DNA of 28,514 nt from an uncultured archaeon (GCA_964430885.1 CAYSHM010000031.1:1-28514), one strand, 5' to 3'; positions 7,693 to 17,600 are shown, counted from the first letter of the stretch. The notes: generated by a model from the sequence alone, not told the origin. Program-made: numbers and translations.

Positions 7693-10449
7693 TCATTCCC
7701 CCTTTTCTTCAGCGGATACTTTCATTTTAGTCTTTGCTTCCACTCGTTCTTCTTTGTAATCCGGAACCTTTTTAAAAACGATCTCTTCCTTTCTCCGCCC
7801 CCTCATGATTAGGATTGCAACTATCACGATAATGATGAGCACAACTAGAGCCGAGATGAAAATGGACATGTTCCTGTTCTCTTTCAAAGATTCTCTTACT
7901 TTATCAATTGGGCTTTCCGGCTCTTCATCTGTGTCGGTGGTGGTTCCGCCTCCGTTATTATTAACTGCCCTAATGGTTATTTTGATGCCGTCGGATTCCA
8001 CCTCCGCTCCCGTATTATCCTTCACCTTCAAAACAGCTGTGAAAGTACCGGCTTTTGTATACTTATGTGTAGCTTCTGAGCTGGATTGCCATCCTGTGCT
8101 TTTCCCATCACCGAAAATGAAGTTGTATTCAGCTATGCTACCGTCAGGGTCCTGGGAGTCCACACCTGAAAAAGTGATGCTCTGACCTAAGCTTGCACTC
8201 TTGGATGAAACTGATAAAACAGAATCCGGAAGCAGGTTCACTTTCTCTTCGACCCTGATGTTGACAGTATCATCGTCCTTTTCTCCATAGGTATCAACTG
8301 CGGTGAAGGTAACAACGTGCAAACCCACTGAGAAGGTCATTCTAAGGTTCTGCTCTTCACCGAGTATCACACCTTTCTCGGTCCACTGCATGGATATCAC
8401 GTTATTCTCGTTATCCTCAACAGTGGCTGATAGGACCACTTCAGTTCCTTCTTCTACAACTTTATCCTTTCCTGTATCAACTCTAGGGGGTGTGTTCACT
8501 ATCCTTTCGGTGATTGTAACATTACAGTAATCTACATCTGAAAGGCCGCCGTCATCAGTCACTCTAAGTATGGATAGGTAGATTCCTGCTTCTTCATACT
8601 GATATTCGGTCTTTCCAGTATTGGTAGAGGTCCAGTCGTAGTTCCCATCTCCCTGGAAATCCCATTCGTATTTCATGATTGTTCCATCAGCATCAATACC
8701 TCTGCCTTCGAAGGTTACAACATCATCAAGATACATTTCTATATCTGGACCTGCATCGGCCCGGGGAGCAATATTGGTCAGTTTGATCCAAATTGGATTT
8801 GTTATGGCATAGAACTCATCATCGTCCAATACGGATTTGGCAGTCATTCGGATATACACTTCTTTATTAAGGGGCAGCTGAGAGGTGATATCCATGTCAT
8901 TGATATCTTCATCAAGCTCTATTATGGTTTCATTTTCTCCTATTTCCCCTATATGAAGCTGAATGACGGAGATCTCCCCAAATCGGTTCTGACATGATGT
9001 GTCGATCTCAAGTTCAAATTCCTTTCCTACAAGTGTATCTCCCTGATTGAGCCCTATGTCGAATTTGTCCTTTTCTTCATTTTCAACCGTGAATTTCAGG
9101 AGGGGACCGCTGGTTATGACTGTGTGTCCCTCCCTGAGGGAATCGATAACTCTTTTACCGGTAATTTCACCTGGAATATACTGCAGCAGCCTTACCTTTC
9201 CCATCCTGCCGAAATCACCGTATGCGCCGCTTCCCCCCATGGCAAAAGGTCTTTTTCCCTCAAGCAATAAGGAGGTCCATTTTTCCTGCAGTAGGAGATT
9301 GGTTCCGGAATATGGGTTCCCTCCTTTCCATATCTCCATTCCGGTAGCATTGGCAGGGAAATCACTCCATGGTGAGAACAGACTGTCGTCGGACAGATAA
9401 TCTGAGATATATGCCGCACCGTGATCATCTCCGACAGTGCTGAGAACATCGTCATAGGATATGGCGGAACCCTGCAGTTCAAAATCCCCGTAAATGCGAC
9501 CTGCTCCGTAGACCAGCATCTTGCCGTAATTGCCCAGGGAAGCAGGTCCCTGTGATGGATGTGTGCATATCACCTCTTCGGCTCCCAGCAGTAGAATATC
9601 ATCGTGATCATCATTCTGGCGGGATATCTTGCCCTCTCTTTCCTCGTATATTGATTCGCTGGAAAAAGCAGATGAATTATCGGTGATTCCTATCCAATCA
9701 AGTTTAATGGCCTCTCCAGGTCTTGATATGGCTTCGATAGGTGCTCCGAATTGCGTTCGTGTTTCGGTATAATTGGAATAGACGTGGGGGTCTGCAAAGT
9801 ACCAATCCTGAAAGCTGGACAATCCCTTGCTGACTATCTCTATACTTCTGGACCTTGTCTCATTGATAGCTGCGCGGCTTTCATCCCCTTCTGCATAGGG
9901 TTGATATCCGTCGGATTCACTGCCATAGTACATATCGGGAATCGGAGGTGTGCCAGGAATTTCCGGTGTGGACGGATCGGGGGTATCCGGATTTGATAGA
10001 AGGGTGAAAATTGCCACTGCTCTTGCGTTTCCAATATAGTCACTGCCGGATTGGAGGAAATCTGAATCGGTCAGCTCGATACTGTAGCTCCACGTTTCTT
10101 CCCTGATTATCAATGTTTCGAGCTCCGCGGTATCACCCATATCTCCAGCTTCCAACACCTTGTGGGCGAGTATTTCATCTTCATCGCTATATAGGGTTAT
10201 ATCAACCTGTTTAAGAGGCAAGGATCCTCCAGGAGCTTTGTCAGCATCATGAATAAGCAGCAGAAGGGGGATGTCTTCACCTTTTTTCACGCACCACGGT
10301 GCGTCCATTATTATTTCATATTTGTCCTGCCCTAATTCATTCAAATTTGAATAAGCTGTGGACAATCTGTGGAATGGACCTATTGTACAAAAGGATGATA
10401 GCAGAACAAAAGATGCAATGATCAACGTTCTCCTTGCGGTATTATTCAT
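7693..10449 (-). CDS. Secreted, C-terminally anchored protein with a degenerate PHP (CehA/McbA-like) domain and three PKD-like domains
   Basis: Likely start MNNTARR (ATG 10449, AAGGTGA SD) rather than 10563. Signal peptide; PHP-like motifs DPHVYS, LDWIGITDN, GAEE, MEIW, GGSGAY, AITNPIW; PKD motifs ADAGPD...D.DG.I.KYEWDFQGDG and FIFGDG...THKY..AGTF; TM followed by RGRRK. Confidence 0.82.
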   Translation of the reverse strand: MNNTARRTLIIASFVLLSSFCTIGPFHRLSTAYSNLNELGQDKYEIIMDAPWCVKKGEDIPLLLLIHDADKAPGGSLPLKQVDITLYSDEDEILAHKVLEAGDMGDTAELETLIIREETWSYSIELTDSDFLQSGSDYIGNARAVAIFTLLSNPDTPDPSTPEIPGTPPIPDMYYGSESDGYQPYAEGDESRAAINETRSRSIEIVSKGLSSFQDWYFADPHVYSNYTETRTQFGAPIEAISRPGEAIKLDWIGITDNSSAFSSESIYEEREGKISRQNDDHDDILLLGAEEVICTHPSQGPASLGNYGKMLVYGAGRIYGDFELQGSAISYDDVLSTVGDDHGAAYISDYLSDDSLFSPWSDFPANATGMEIWKGGNPYSGTNLLLQEKWTSLLLEGKRPFAMGGSGAYGDFGRMGKVRLLQYIPGEITGKRVIDSLREGHTVITSGPLLKFTVENEEKDKFDIGLNQGDTLVGKEFELEIDTSCQNRFGEISVIQLHIGEIGENETIIELDEDINDMDITSQLPLNKEVYIRMTAKSVLDDDEFYAITNPIWIKLTNIAPRADAGPDIEMYLDDVVTFEGRGIDADGTIMKYEWDFQGDGNYDWTSTNTGKTEYQYEEAGIYLSILRVTDDGGLSDVDYCNVTITERIVNTPPRVDTGKDKVVEEGTEVVLSATVEDNENNVISMQWTEKGVILGEEQNLRMTFSVGLHVVTFTAVDTYGEKDDDTVNIRVEEKVNLLPDSVLSVSSKSASLGQSITFSGVDSQDPDGSIAEYNFIFGDGKSTGWQSSSEATHKYTKAGTFTAVLKVKDNTGAEVESDGIKITIRAVNNNGGGTTTDTDEEPESPIDKVRESLKENRNMSIFISALVVLIIIVIVAILIMRGRRKEEIVFKKVPDYKEERVEAKTKMKVSAEEKGE

Positions 10450-10723
10450 TATTTCACCTTGATCTAATCTGTATTTTGTTTTGATTTGCTTCAAACTCCA
10501 GAATGGAATTATCATATCTGGTAGTTGCATATCCACTCTTAAATAAAAACCTATCTTCCTCATTTTTAATAACTTTATTCATCACATTCATGTAAAATTA
10601 TATTCTAAATCTGATAAAAATGAACAATGACTTCCTGCCTCACGGGAGAGCTATTGTACAAGGGACCTAAGTAGTTGATGAAAATTTACAATTCTAAATA
10701 TAATCTAGGAGGGTAATACAATA

Positions 10724-10737
10724 AAAAAATTATTAAA
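10724..10737 (+). promoter_or_regulatory. Putative BRE/TATA for the pyrophosphatase gene
   Basis: A-rich stretch followed by TTATTAAA about 60 nt upstream of ATG 10799; GAGGGTGA SD just before the start. Confidence 0.4.
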
Positions 10738-10798
10738 CAATACCTCTTATCCCAGGATAGACTTTCTAAAGTTATCTATATGTCATGAGGGTGAACAT

Positions 10799-13543
10799 AT
10801 GAAAAGCAATGCGGTTATAAAAATTACCGGCGCGTTTATACTTATATTGATTGTGTCCTTCGGGATATTAAACGGTCTATCGGAATTAGGGGCTGATGCC
10901 CAAACAGCAGATAGTAAATCGCCATATTATGGTGCTTCATGCAATCTCAAAATAGTATCCTTCGAGGATGAGGACGGAGTTGTATATGAGAATACATTGG
11001 AAGAGAACGAAACCCCTGAGGACTGGCAGAAGGACAATGGGATCTCCACCTCTATAACCAATCTTGCAAAGTCGGTCATATTTTGGATTCAGGTCAGTTC
11101 CGAAGTGACCGATAGGACCATCAGCACGAGCCCTGGCAGTTCTGGTAATCCCTACAACATTACAATTCCTGACGATTATGTACGGAGACAGAAATATTCA
11201 TTGGATATTGAAGTTGAGGACGGTGATGATTGGAATATAACTTTCAGTGTGACAAATGATGTGCGGCTTTCAGATGATGATATCTCTCTGTATCTGACCG
11301 ATGACGGTTTTAAAAGAGCCAATGAGATGGATCGACTTTCTTTTTGGCTTGCACCCGGGGAATATGCGAATATCAAGGTGGAGGTCAAGGGCCTATCAAG
11401 TCTTTCTCCAGGTGATGAGGTAACAATAACAGTTGTACCAAGCGAAGATACCCCTGGCTGTCATACTCCTACACACATGACCGTAAAGGTAGAAAGCGAT
11501 GACGATTTTTCTGTTATTCATATACTGGGGATCATTGCAGCCTTCATTGGCCTGATATTTGCTTATATATTGTATTTAAACATTTCAAAATCGGACGAAG
11601 GTAATGATAAGGTCAAGGAAATATCAAAAAGCATTAATGAAGGCGCAATGGCCTTCCTGAACAAGGAATACAGGATCTTGGTTATATTCTCATTTGTGGT
11701 AGTGGTAGTTCTTCTCGTTGCTGCGTATATAGCGGAATCAATGACCTATTGGACCCCTGTAACATTTGTTGTAGGGGCTCTGTTCTCTGCAATAGCGGGA
11801 AACATTGGTATGCGAATTGCCACATCTTCCAACGGTAGAACTGCAACAGCTGTTGAGAAGGATCTTAAGAAAGGATTGCAGATCGCCTTTTCCAGCGGAG
11901 CGGTCATGGGCCTTTCAGTTGTTAGCTTAGGCCTATTGGGTGTGTCTGGATTTTATTTCATATTCAAAGATCCAAACATTCTTTTCGGTTTCGGTTTCGG
12001 AGCTTCATCAATAGCCCTTTTCGCTAGGGTAGGCGGGGGGATATATACCAAGAGCGCTGATGTGGGAGCCGATCTTGTTGGAAAGGTGGAGAAGGGCATC
12101 CCGGAGGATGACCCCCGGAATCCCGCGGTGATAGCTGACAATGTGGGTGACAATGTGGGAGATGTAGCAGGGATGGGAGCAGATCTATTTGAATCCTATG
12201 TTGATTCCATTATAGCCGCCATGATACTTGGAGTTGTAGGTGTTGGAACCCTGAATGCGTCCAAAGATCTCGGCGGCTTCATGGGCAAAGCAGTTCTTCT
12301 TCCATTGATAATTGCAGGACTGGGAATTATTTCTGCTATAATAGGAATATTTGTGATCAATAACAGCAAAGAGGTTAAGTCTTTACATGGCTTACTGAAC
12401 AAGGGCCTATTGACCGCAGCCTTGTTTCAGGGTATTACATCCTTAGCTGTTGTGGTTTTCTGGCTGGGAATGGATTACTTTGAGATCTGGGGTGCTATGG
12501 TTGCAGGTCTTGTAAGCGGTTTGGTTATAGGGTATATCACCGAATATTATACCTCGGATGAGTTCAAACCTACAAAAGGAATAGCTGAATCTTCAAAATC
12601 AGGTGCAGCCCCTAATATTATCGAGGGATTGTCCGTAGGTATGATCAGTACTATTGTCCCTGTAGTAATGGTATGTATTACATTGATATTCTCTTTCTGG
12701 ATGGCAGGTCTTTACGGCATAGCGATTTCTGCAGTTGGAATGCTTTCTACTTTAGGTATAACTCTAGCAACCGACTCTTACGGACCAGTAGCGGATAATG
12801 CTGCAGGAATTGCCGAGATGGCAGGAATGGGGAAAAAGGTAAGGGAGAGGGCAGAGAAACTGGATGCCGTCGGAAATACTACTGCCGCTATTGGAAAGGG
12901 TTTTGCCATAGGATCTGCAGCACTTACTGCATTGGCCCTGTTTTCCACATATACTCAAACAACTCAGCTTACTTTCGGAAGTTTATCCCTGATGGACCCA
13001 TATGTCATGGTAGGTGTTTTCATCGGTGTACTTTTGGTCTTTGTTTTTTCAGCTCTCACAATGGCAGCCGTTGGTAAAGCTGCAATGGAGATGGTGGAAG
13101 AGGTTAGACGTCAGTTCAAGGAGATTAAAGGATTAATGCAGGGCAAGCAGAAACCCGAGTACAAGAAGTGTGTAATGATTGCTACCGGCGGTGCTTTGAG
13201 ACAGATGATACTGCCCTCGGTTCTGGCAGTTGCTACACCTGTTGTAGTGGGCCTAGTCCTGGGACCTGAAGCCCTAGGCGGCCTTTTAGGCGGAGCATTG
13301 GTGGCAGGTTTCCTAATGGCAATTATGATGGCCAATTCAGGCGGAGCCTGGGATAATGCAAAGAAATATATTGAAGCCGGGAATCTAGGCGGCAAGGGTT
13401 CAGAAGCCCATAAGGCAGCCGTTGTGGGTGACACAGTAGGAGATCCGTTCAAGGATACTTCAGGTCCCTCTTTGAATATCCTGATAAAGTTGATGTCTAT
13501 TGTATCGTTGGTATTTGCCCCCCTCTTCCTGATACTGCATTAG
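10799..13543 (+). CDS. hppA: K+-dependent, probably Na+-translocating membrane pyrophosphatase with a 236-aa N-terminal extension
   Basis: [68 protein letters not shown] (Ala marks K+ dependence), [33 protein letters not shown] has Glu at the TM6 position typical of Na+-PPases. Confidence 0.95.
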   Translation: MKSNAVIKITGAFILILIVSFGILNGLSELGADAQTADSKSPYYGASCNLKIVSFEDEDGVVYENTLEENETPEDWQKDNGISTSITNLAKSVIFWIQVSSEVTDRTISTSPGSSGNPYNITIPDDYVRRQKYSLDIEVEDGDDWNITFSVTNDVRLSDDDISLYLTDDGFKRANEMDRLSFWLAPGEYANIKVEVKGLSSLSPGDEVTITVVPSEDTPGCHTPTHMTVKVESDDDFSVIHILGIIAAFIGLIFAYILYLNISKSDEGNDKVKEISKSINEGAMAFLNKEYRILVIFSFVVVVVLLVAAYIAESMTYWTPVTFVVGALFSAIAGNIGMRIATSSNGRTATAVEKDLKKGLQIAFSSGAVMGLSVVSLGLLGVSGFYFIFKDPNILFGFGFGASSIALFARVGGGIYTKSADVGADLVGKVEKGIPEDDPRNPAVIADNVGDNVGDVAGMGADLFESYVDSIIAAMILGVVGVGTLNASKDLGGFMGKAVLLPLIIAGLGIISAIIGIFVINNSKEVKSLHGLLNKGLLTAALFQGITSLAVVVFWLGMDYFEIWGAMVAGLVSGLVIGYITEYYTSDEFKPTKGIAESSKSGAAPNIIEGLSVGMISTIVPVVMVCITLIFSFWMAGLYGIAISAVGMLSTLGITLATDSYGPVADNAAGIAEMAGMGKKVRERAEKLDAVGNTTAAIGKGFAIGSAALTALALFSTYTQTTQLTFGSLSLMDPYVMVGVFIGVLLVFVFSALTMAAVGKAAMEMVEEVRRQFKEIKGLMQGKQKPEYKKCVMIATGGALRQMILPSVLAVATPVVVGLVLGPEALGGLLGGALVAGFLMAIMMANSGGAWDNAKKYIEAGNLGGKGSEAHKAAVVGDTVGDPFKDTSGPSLNILIKLMSIVSLVFAPLFLILH

Positions 13544-13625
13544 GTAATAGGAATTGATTTGGAAAATTATTGATGTTGATGTTCGATCAATCCAAATGAA
13601 TTCGATATTCTCCTCCTTACATTAG

Positions 13626-14393
13626 ATGAGAGGTTACAAATACACTGTATCTCATAGAGATATCATGGAGGAGAACCTGCGTTTTTATACCCTAATATCA
13701 AAGAAGAAGGGAAGCAAAACCATCTCTTTGGATTTTTCCAGAAAGATGCTTGTCATCGGTAACGATGATAGATCATCAAAGAAAAATGGAATTCAAATAC
13801 CAACGCAGTCCATTAAAGATATCTATATTCACAAAGGCAAATCCCTTCCCTTGGGTGTTTTTCATATGGGGGTTTTTCTGGTTCTTCTAGTGGGCACGTC
13901 TCTCTCGCTGGTGGATGTGATATCTGTTCTCGCGTTATTGAAAAAATGGTTGTTCGTTATATTGATCCCTTGTTCAGTTATTGGTTTGACATTAGTGATA
14001 TCATATTTTCTGATAAGAAAGAAGAGCTTGGTTATTGATATCAATGGACGTGATAATATAGAACTGATTGGGGATGTGGCTCAAATGAAGAAGTTACGTT
14101 TTGACATTAATGTTCTAGAAAAGGGCCGGTTATTAGAAGAAAGAAAAATAAGATTTGAAGTGACACCCGTAATCGGCACTTCTACTAATAATGAGAAAGA
14201 GAAAATAAGGGGAATATCAGGAAGCAGAAAGTCAGCAGAAGAGGGCCCTGGTAAAGATGTATTAACTTGTCCTCACTGTGGCAGTTCGGATCTTTATTAC
14301 GAAGCAGGATTGACCACTGGCTATAAATATCACTGTGTGGATTGTGATTATATCGGCCCTTTTGTAATTAGTAAAAAACTAAAACAAATATGA
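13626..14393 (+). CDS. Hypothetical membrane protein with a 2-TM hairpin and a C-terminal zinc ribbon
   Basis: Two hydrophobic segments at about aa 75-128; C-terminal CPHC-x16-CVDC. Start could be the second Met. Confidence 0.75.
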   Translation: MRGYKYTVSHRDIMEENLRFYTLISKKKGSKTISLDFSRKMLVIGNDDRSSKKNGIQIPTQSIKDIYIHKGKSLPLGVFHMGVFLVLLVGTSLSLVDVISVLALLKKWLFVILIPCSVIGLTLVISYFLIRKKSLVIDINGRDNIELIGDVAQMKKLRFDINVLEKGRLLEERKIRFEVTPVIGTSTNNEKEKIRGISGSRKSAEEGPGKDVLTCPHCGSSDLYYEAGLTTGYKYHCVDCDYIGPFVISKKLKQI

Positions 14394-14471
14394 TTTCAAT
14401 AAAAACAAATCAGATATGACCTTTTTGTAAAGAATAATTGATGGAATGCAATAGAATTTTTCTATCAGCGT

Positions 14472-14487
14472 CAAAAGTTTTATTTAC
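14472..14487 (+). promoter_or_regulatory. BRE/TATA promoter for the intergenic sRNA
   Basis: CAAAAG followed by TTTTATTTAC, ending about 23 nt before the first hairpin at 14510. Confidence 0.6.
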
Positions 14488-14508
14488 AAAGCTTTGGAAT
14501 GAACTAAT

Positions 14509-14649
14509 GTCCTTGTCGAAGGCCTTTTTGATCTGCGGATATGATAAAAGGTGCAATACAAGGAATACACCAGGTCCAGTATAGGTCCCCTATTGACCAT
14601 GTCAAACTGACGGGTATGATATCAGGGTCAACCCCTGGACCGAACAATG
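14509..14649 (+). ncRNA. Two-hairpin archaeal box H/ACA pseudouridylation guide RNA (predicted)
   Basis: Hairpin 1: TCCTTGT/ACAAGGA stem, internal pocket, GCCTTTT/AAAAGGT stem, TGA...ATGAT K-loop, ACA at 14567-14569. Hairpin 2: GGTCCAG/CTGGACC stem, CTGA...ATGAT, ACA at 14644-14646. TATA upstream, T6 downstream. Confidence 0.8.
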
Positions 14650-14650
14650 A

Positions 14651-14656
14651 TTTTTT
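14651..14656 (+). terminator. Oligo-T terminator of the predicted sRNA
   Basis: TTTTTT 4 nt after the second ACA box. Confidence 0.5.
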
Positions 14657-14699
14657 CAAATTACGACTAATATTTCAAGTTTAATGAAACGAATAGATT

Positions 14700-17600
14700 C
14701 TATAACCCTTCCAATTCCTTTTCGATATCTTCAATAGAGGGCATCTCAATTCCATCCAGATCGATATCATCGTCTTCCTCTATCTCATCATCATCCACAG
14801 GTTCCCCTTCACTCTCCATTTCTTCTTCTGGGGCTGAGGTGTCATCCGTTCCGTCACCGAGTATGTCCGATACCATGCTGTCAAGATCTTCAATTCCAAT
14901 ATCCAGGTCTAGATTTGCTAGTTCGTCTTCATCTATATCGATATCTTCGATATCCTCTTCCTCCACTTCTTCTTCTTCTTCTTCCATCCCCATAGATGGT
15001 TCTTCATAGCCTTCATCTATCTCCTTTCCACCATCGTCTTCGGAATCGTCCGTATCGGCTGTATCGTCCTTGTCCACGACTTCTTCTTCATCAATTTCTT
15101 CCTCAACAACCGCAGCTTCCCCCACCTCGCTATCATCCTCATCTTCTTCTTCCTTCTCCTCTTTGTCAGTGTCCTCTTCAGCGTCTTCCTTATCGTCACC
15201 CTCTTCCATCTTTTCTTCTTCTTTATCCAATTCATCCTCTTCTTCCTCCTTCTTTCTGAAGAAAAGCCAGAACACGATAAAAGCAAGGATCAGCATGACG
15301 ATAATTAGAATTATCAGTGTAATCAGGACAAGATTATTGTTCTCGTTCTCTATTCTATCCGGATTGACTTCTTGATTACTCCAGAGAACATAGGGTCCTA
15401 ACACATTTTCTCCCTTTGAAACCCATATGGTTGATGTATTGCTTTCATATCCATCCATTGAAATTTCAAGAATGTAAACTCCCTCAGGTAGGTCATTAAA
15501 GGTATAGGTCTTTAGAACCTCGTCATATTCGGGATTATCAAACCTCGTCTTCTCGGTTTTGGGGTTCTTCAATACCACAATTACATCTTCCAGATAATTA
15601 TCGGCTGAATCCTTTACAGTGATTGAGAGCTTTCCGGTAATCGGGCTTTTTACCAAGCTGATATTGGTCCAATTAACGGATGCACCTTGGCTGATGTTAG
15701 ATCTGATTTCTTTAGTGTTATACCCGGCAGCCTTGAATCGGACCCTGTACTTACCAGCTTCCAGGGGGTAATAGAATGATCCTTTGTCATCGGTCTGCAC
15801 GGTCTTGAAATCCTCGAAAACAATGATTGTTGTTTCATTGAAATCTTCATACTGTGCATAGTTATCCTTCAATGTGGAGTTATTTCCAATATATACATAG
15901 GTCATATTTGTGATCATGATATTGGCATATGGAATTGGAGTTCCCGCTTCATCTGTAACATTACCGGCCAATACACCCCAAGTCGGAGGAGGCATATATT
16001 CGGCTAATATCGCATATACATAGACTGTTTCACCTATTTCCACCGTAACATCATCGGACCATTCCAGATAAGTGATCCCTTCAAAAGTGTTCCCGTATAC
16101 GGTCATCTTGTATTTGCCTGGAGGCACATTTTCAAAATATTCCTTTCCATTGCTGCCAGTATAACCAGTGGGTAAATTTCCCACATCGATGAAGAATCCT
16201 TTTAGAGGATCATCAGTAGCATTCTTGACCTGGAAAACAATCCGTCCTGTTGTTATAGGTTTCCCCATGGTGGTGAACTCAAAGGAAATATTGGAAATCC
16301 TGTTGCCTGCCAGGTCAGTGAGATCATAATCTATAATTACCTGATACTCCTCGTTATACTCCAGACCATTTATGAAAAGCAGATAGAGAATTGACCTTCT
16401 CTGGCTTATATTGTTTTCAATCAGGAAGTCAAAGGAAATGCGGTTCTCGTTTGAATCGATGATGGATATTCCTGATTCAATGGTACCGTTGTTGATGATC
16501 TCGGAGAATATTACGGTGTAGTTGATGTCTATATCCATATCTAGTTCACGGTCATCGGGATAGGTTTCTAATATTGTGGGCTTGATATTATCCAAAACTA
16601 TAAGCGGGGCAAATTGGCCGGTTGGATTCGGATCTGAAATATTTATTCCAACCATTCCATTCCCCCGGTCCAGTAGAGTTTCAGTTATTTGACCCCAATA
16701 ATTGTTGTTTATGCCTCTGAAATAAATAACAAGATCGTCGTCATACGTTCCAGGCGGGAAGAAGCCGGGATCAAATTCAAACCAAACTTCTGTCCAAATG
16801 GCCCTGCCTTCACCTGTTAAATTCAACTGCAGCATTATTTCAATAAAGACCATCCCGTCTGATATGTTTTCCCAAGCTCTGGTATTCTCAGTATCAACAT
16901 CCAGTGTGAATTGACCTGAACCTCCAAACAGGCTCCTGATATGAACTGGTCCATGATCAATTACCTGAATTGTGGGCAGGTATACGTTCAAATCGAAATA
17001 TGCGGATGTTGTGGTATAGGGATCCGATACATTGAGATAGATCCGGTGATTACCAATTGAAAGCTGTGCGGTGTCCAGCATAATGACATTCGTGTTCATA
17101 TCCAATGTTTGATCGAGCTGGATGGGGCCTGAAAGATTTGAAACGAACTCGAACTCAAGTAACTGGTAACTTTCTTCGGGATCTATAAAGTCAACATCAA
17201 TGTATATTTCATCCTGCCAAATTACAAATGATGGGTAGTTGTTGATTGATACCGCTGGGGGATGGTTGTCCAATTCCATGTAGAAATCCACTCTTCGGTT
17301 TTCATTGGCTACAAGTATGATATTTTTATAAGTAGATTTGAATCGCGCCTTGGAAACTGATATGTTCACCCTCCCACCGGATATCACTGGGAAATTGAAG
17401 AACCCGCCGGGATTGGTTTGAGTATTGACCTGAGCGCCGCTATTGAATCTTATATCAAGAGATGCATTTGATATTGCAGTCCCGTCCAAATCTGAGTAAA
17501 CATAACCGAAAACGGCAGGAAGTGCATCCAGGTTTAATCCATACACGGTCATGGTTATATTGTTGCTTGACATGTCCATATCCATATATAGGGGCACATC

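Noticed and set aside
7683-7697. TAG after the coupled ATG as a pyrrolysine read-through codon
   Set aside because: Read-through stays in the wrong frame and hits TAA; no pyl genes are visible.
10450-10563. N-terminal 38 aa of the tracked 956-aa ORF
   Set aside because: The AAGGTGA SD and the signal peptide both point to ATG 10449.
14703-14740. Terminal EDIEKELEGL as an ESCRT-III MIM1 motif
   Set aside because: It lacks the conserved Arg and the terminal basic residue of MIM1; treated only as a generic amphipathic helix.
14996-15375. Ser-rich, Arg/Lys-rich and Pro/Leu-rich ORFs over the acidic tail
   Set aside because: Alternate-frame artefacts of GAA/GAG/GAT-rich low-complexity coding sequence.
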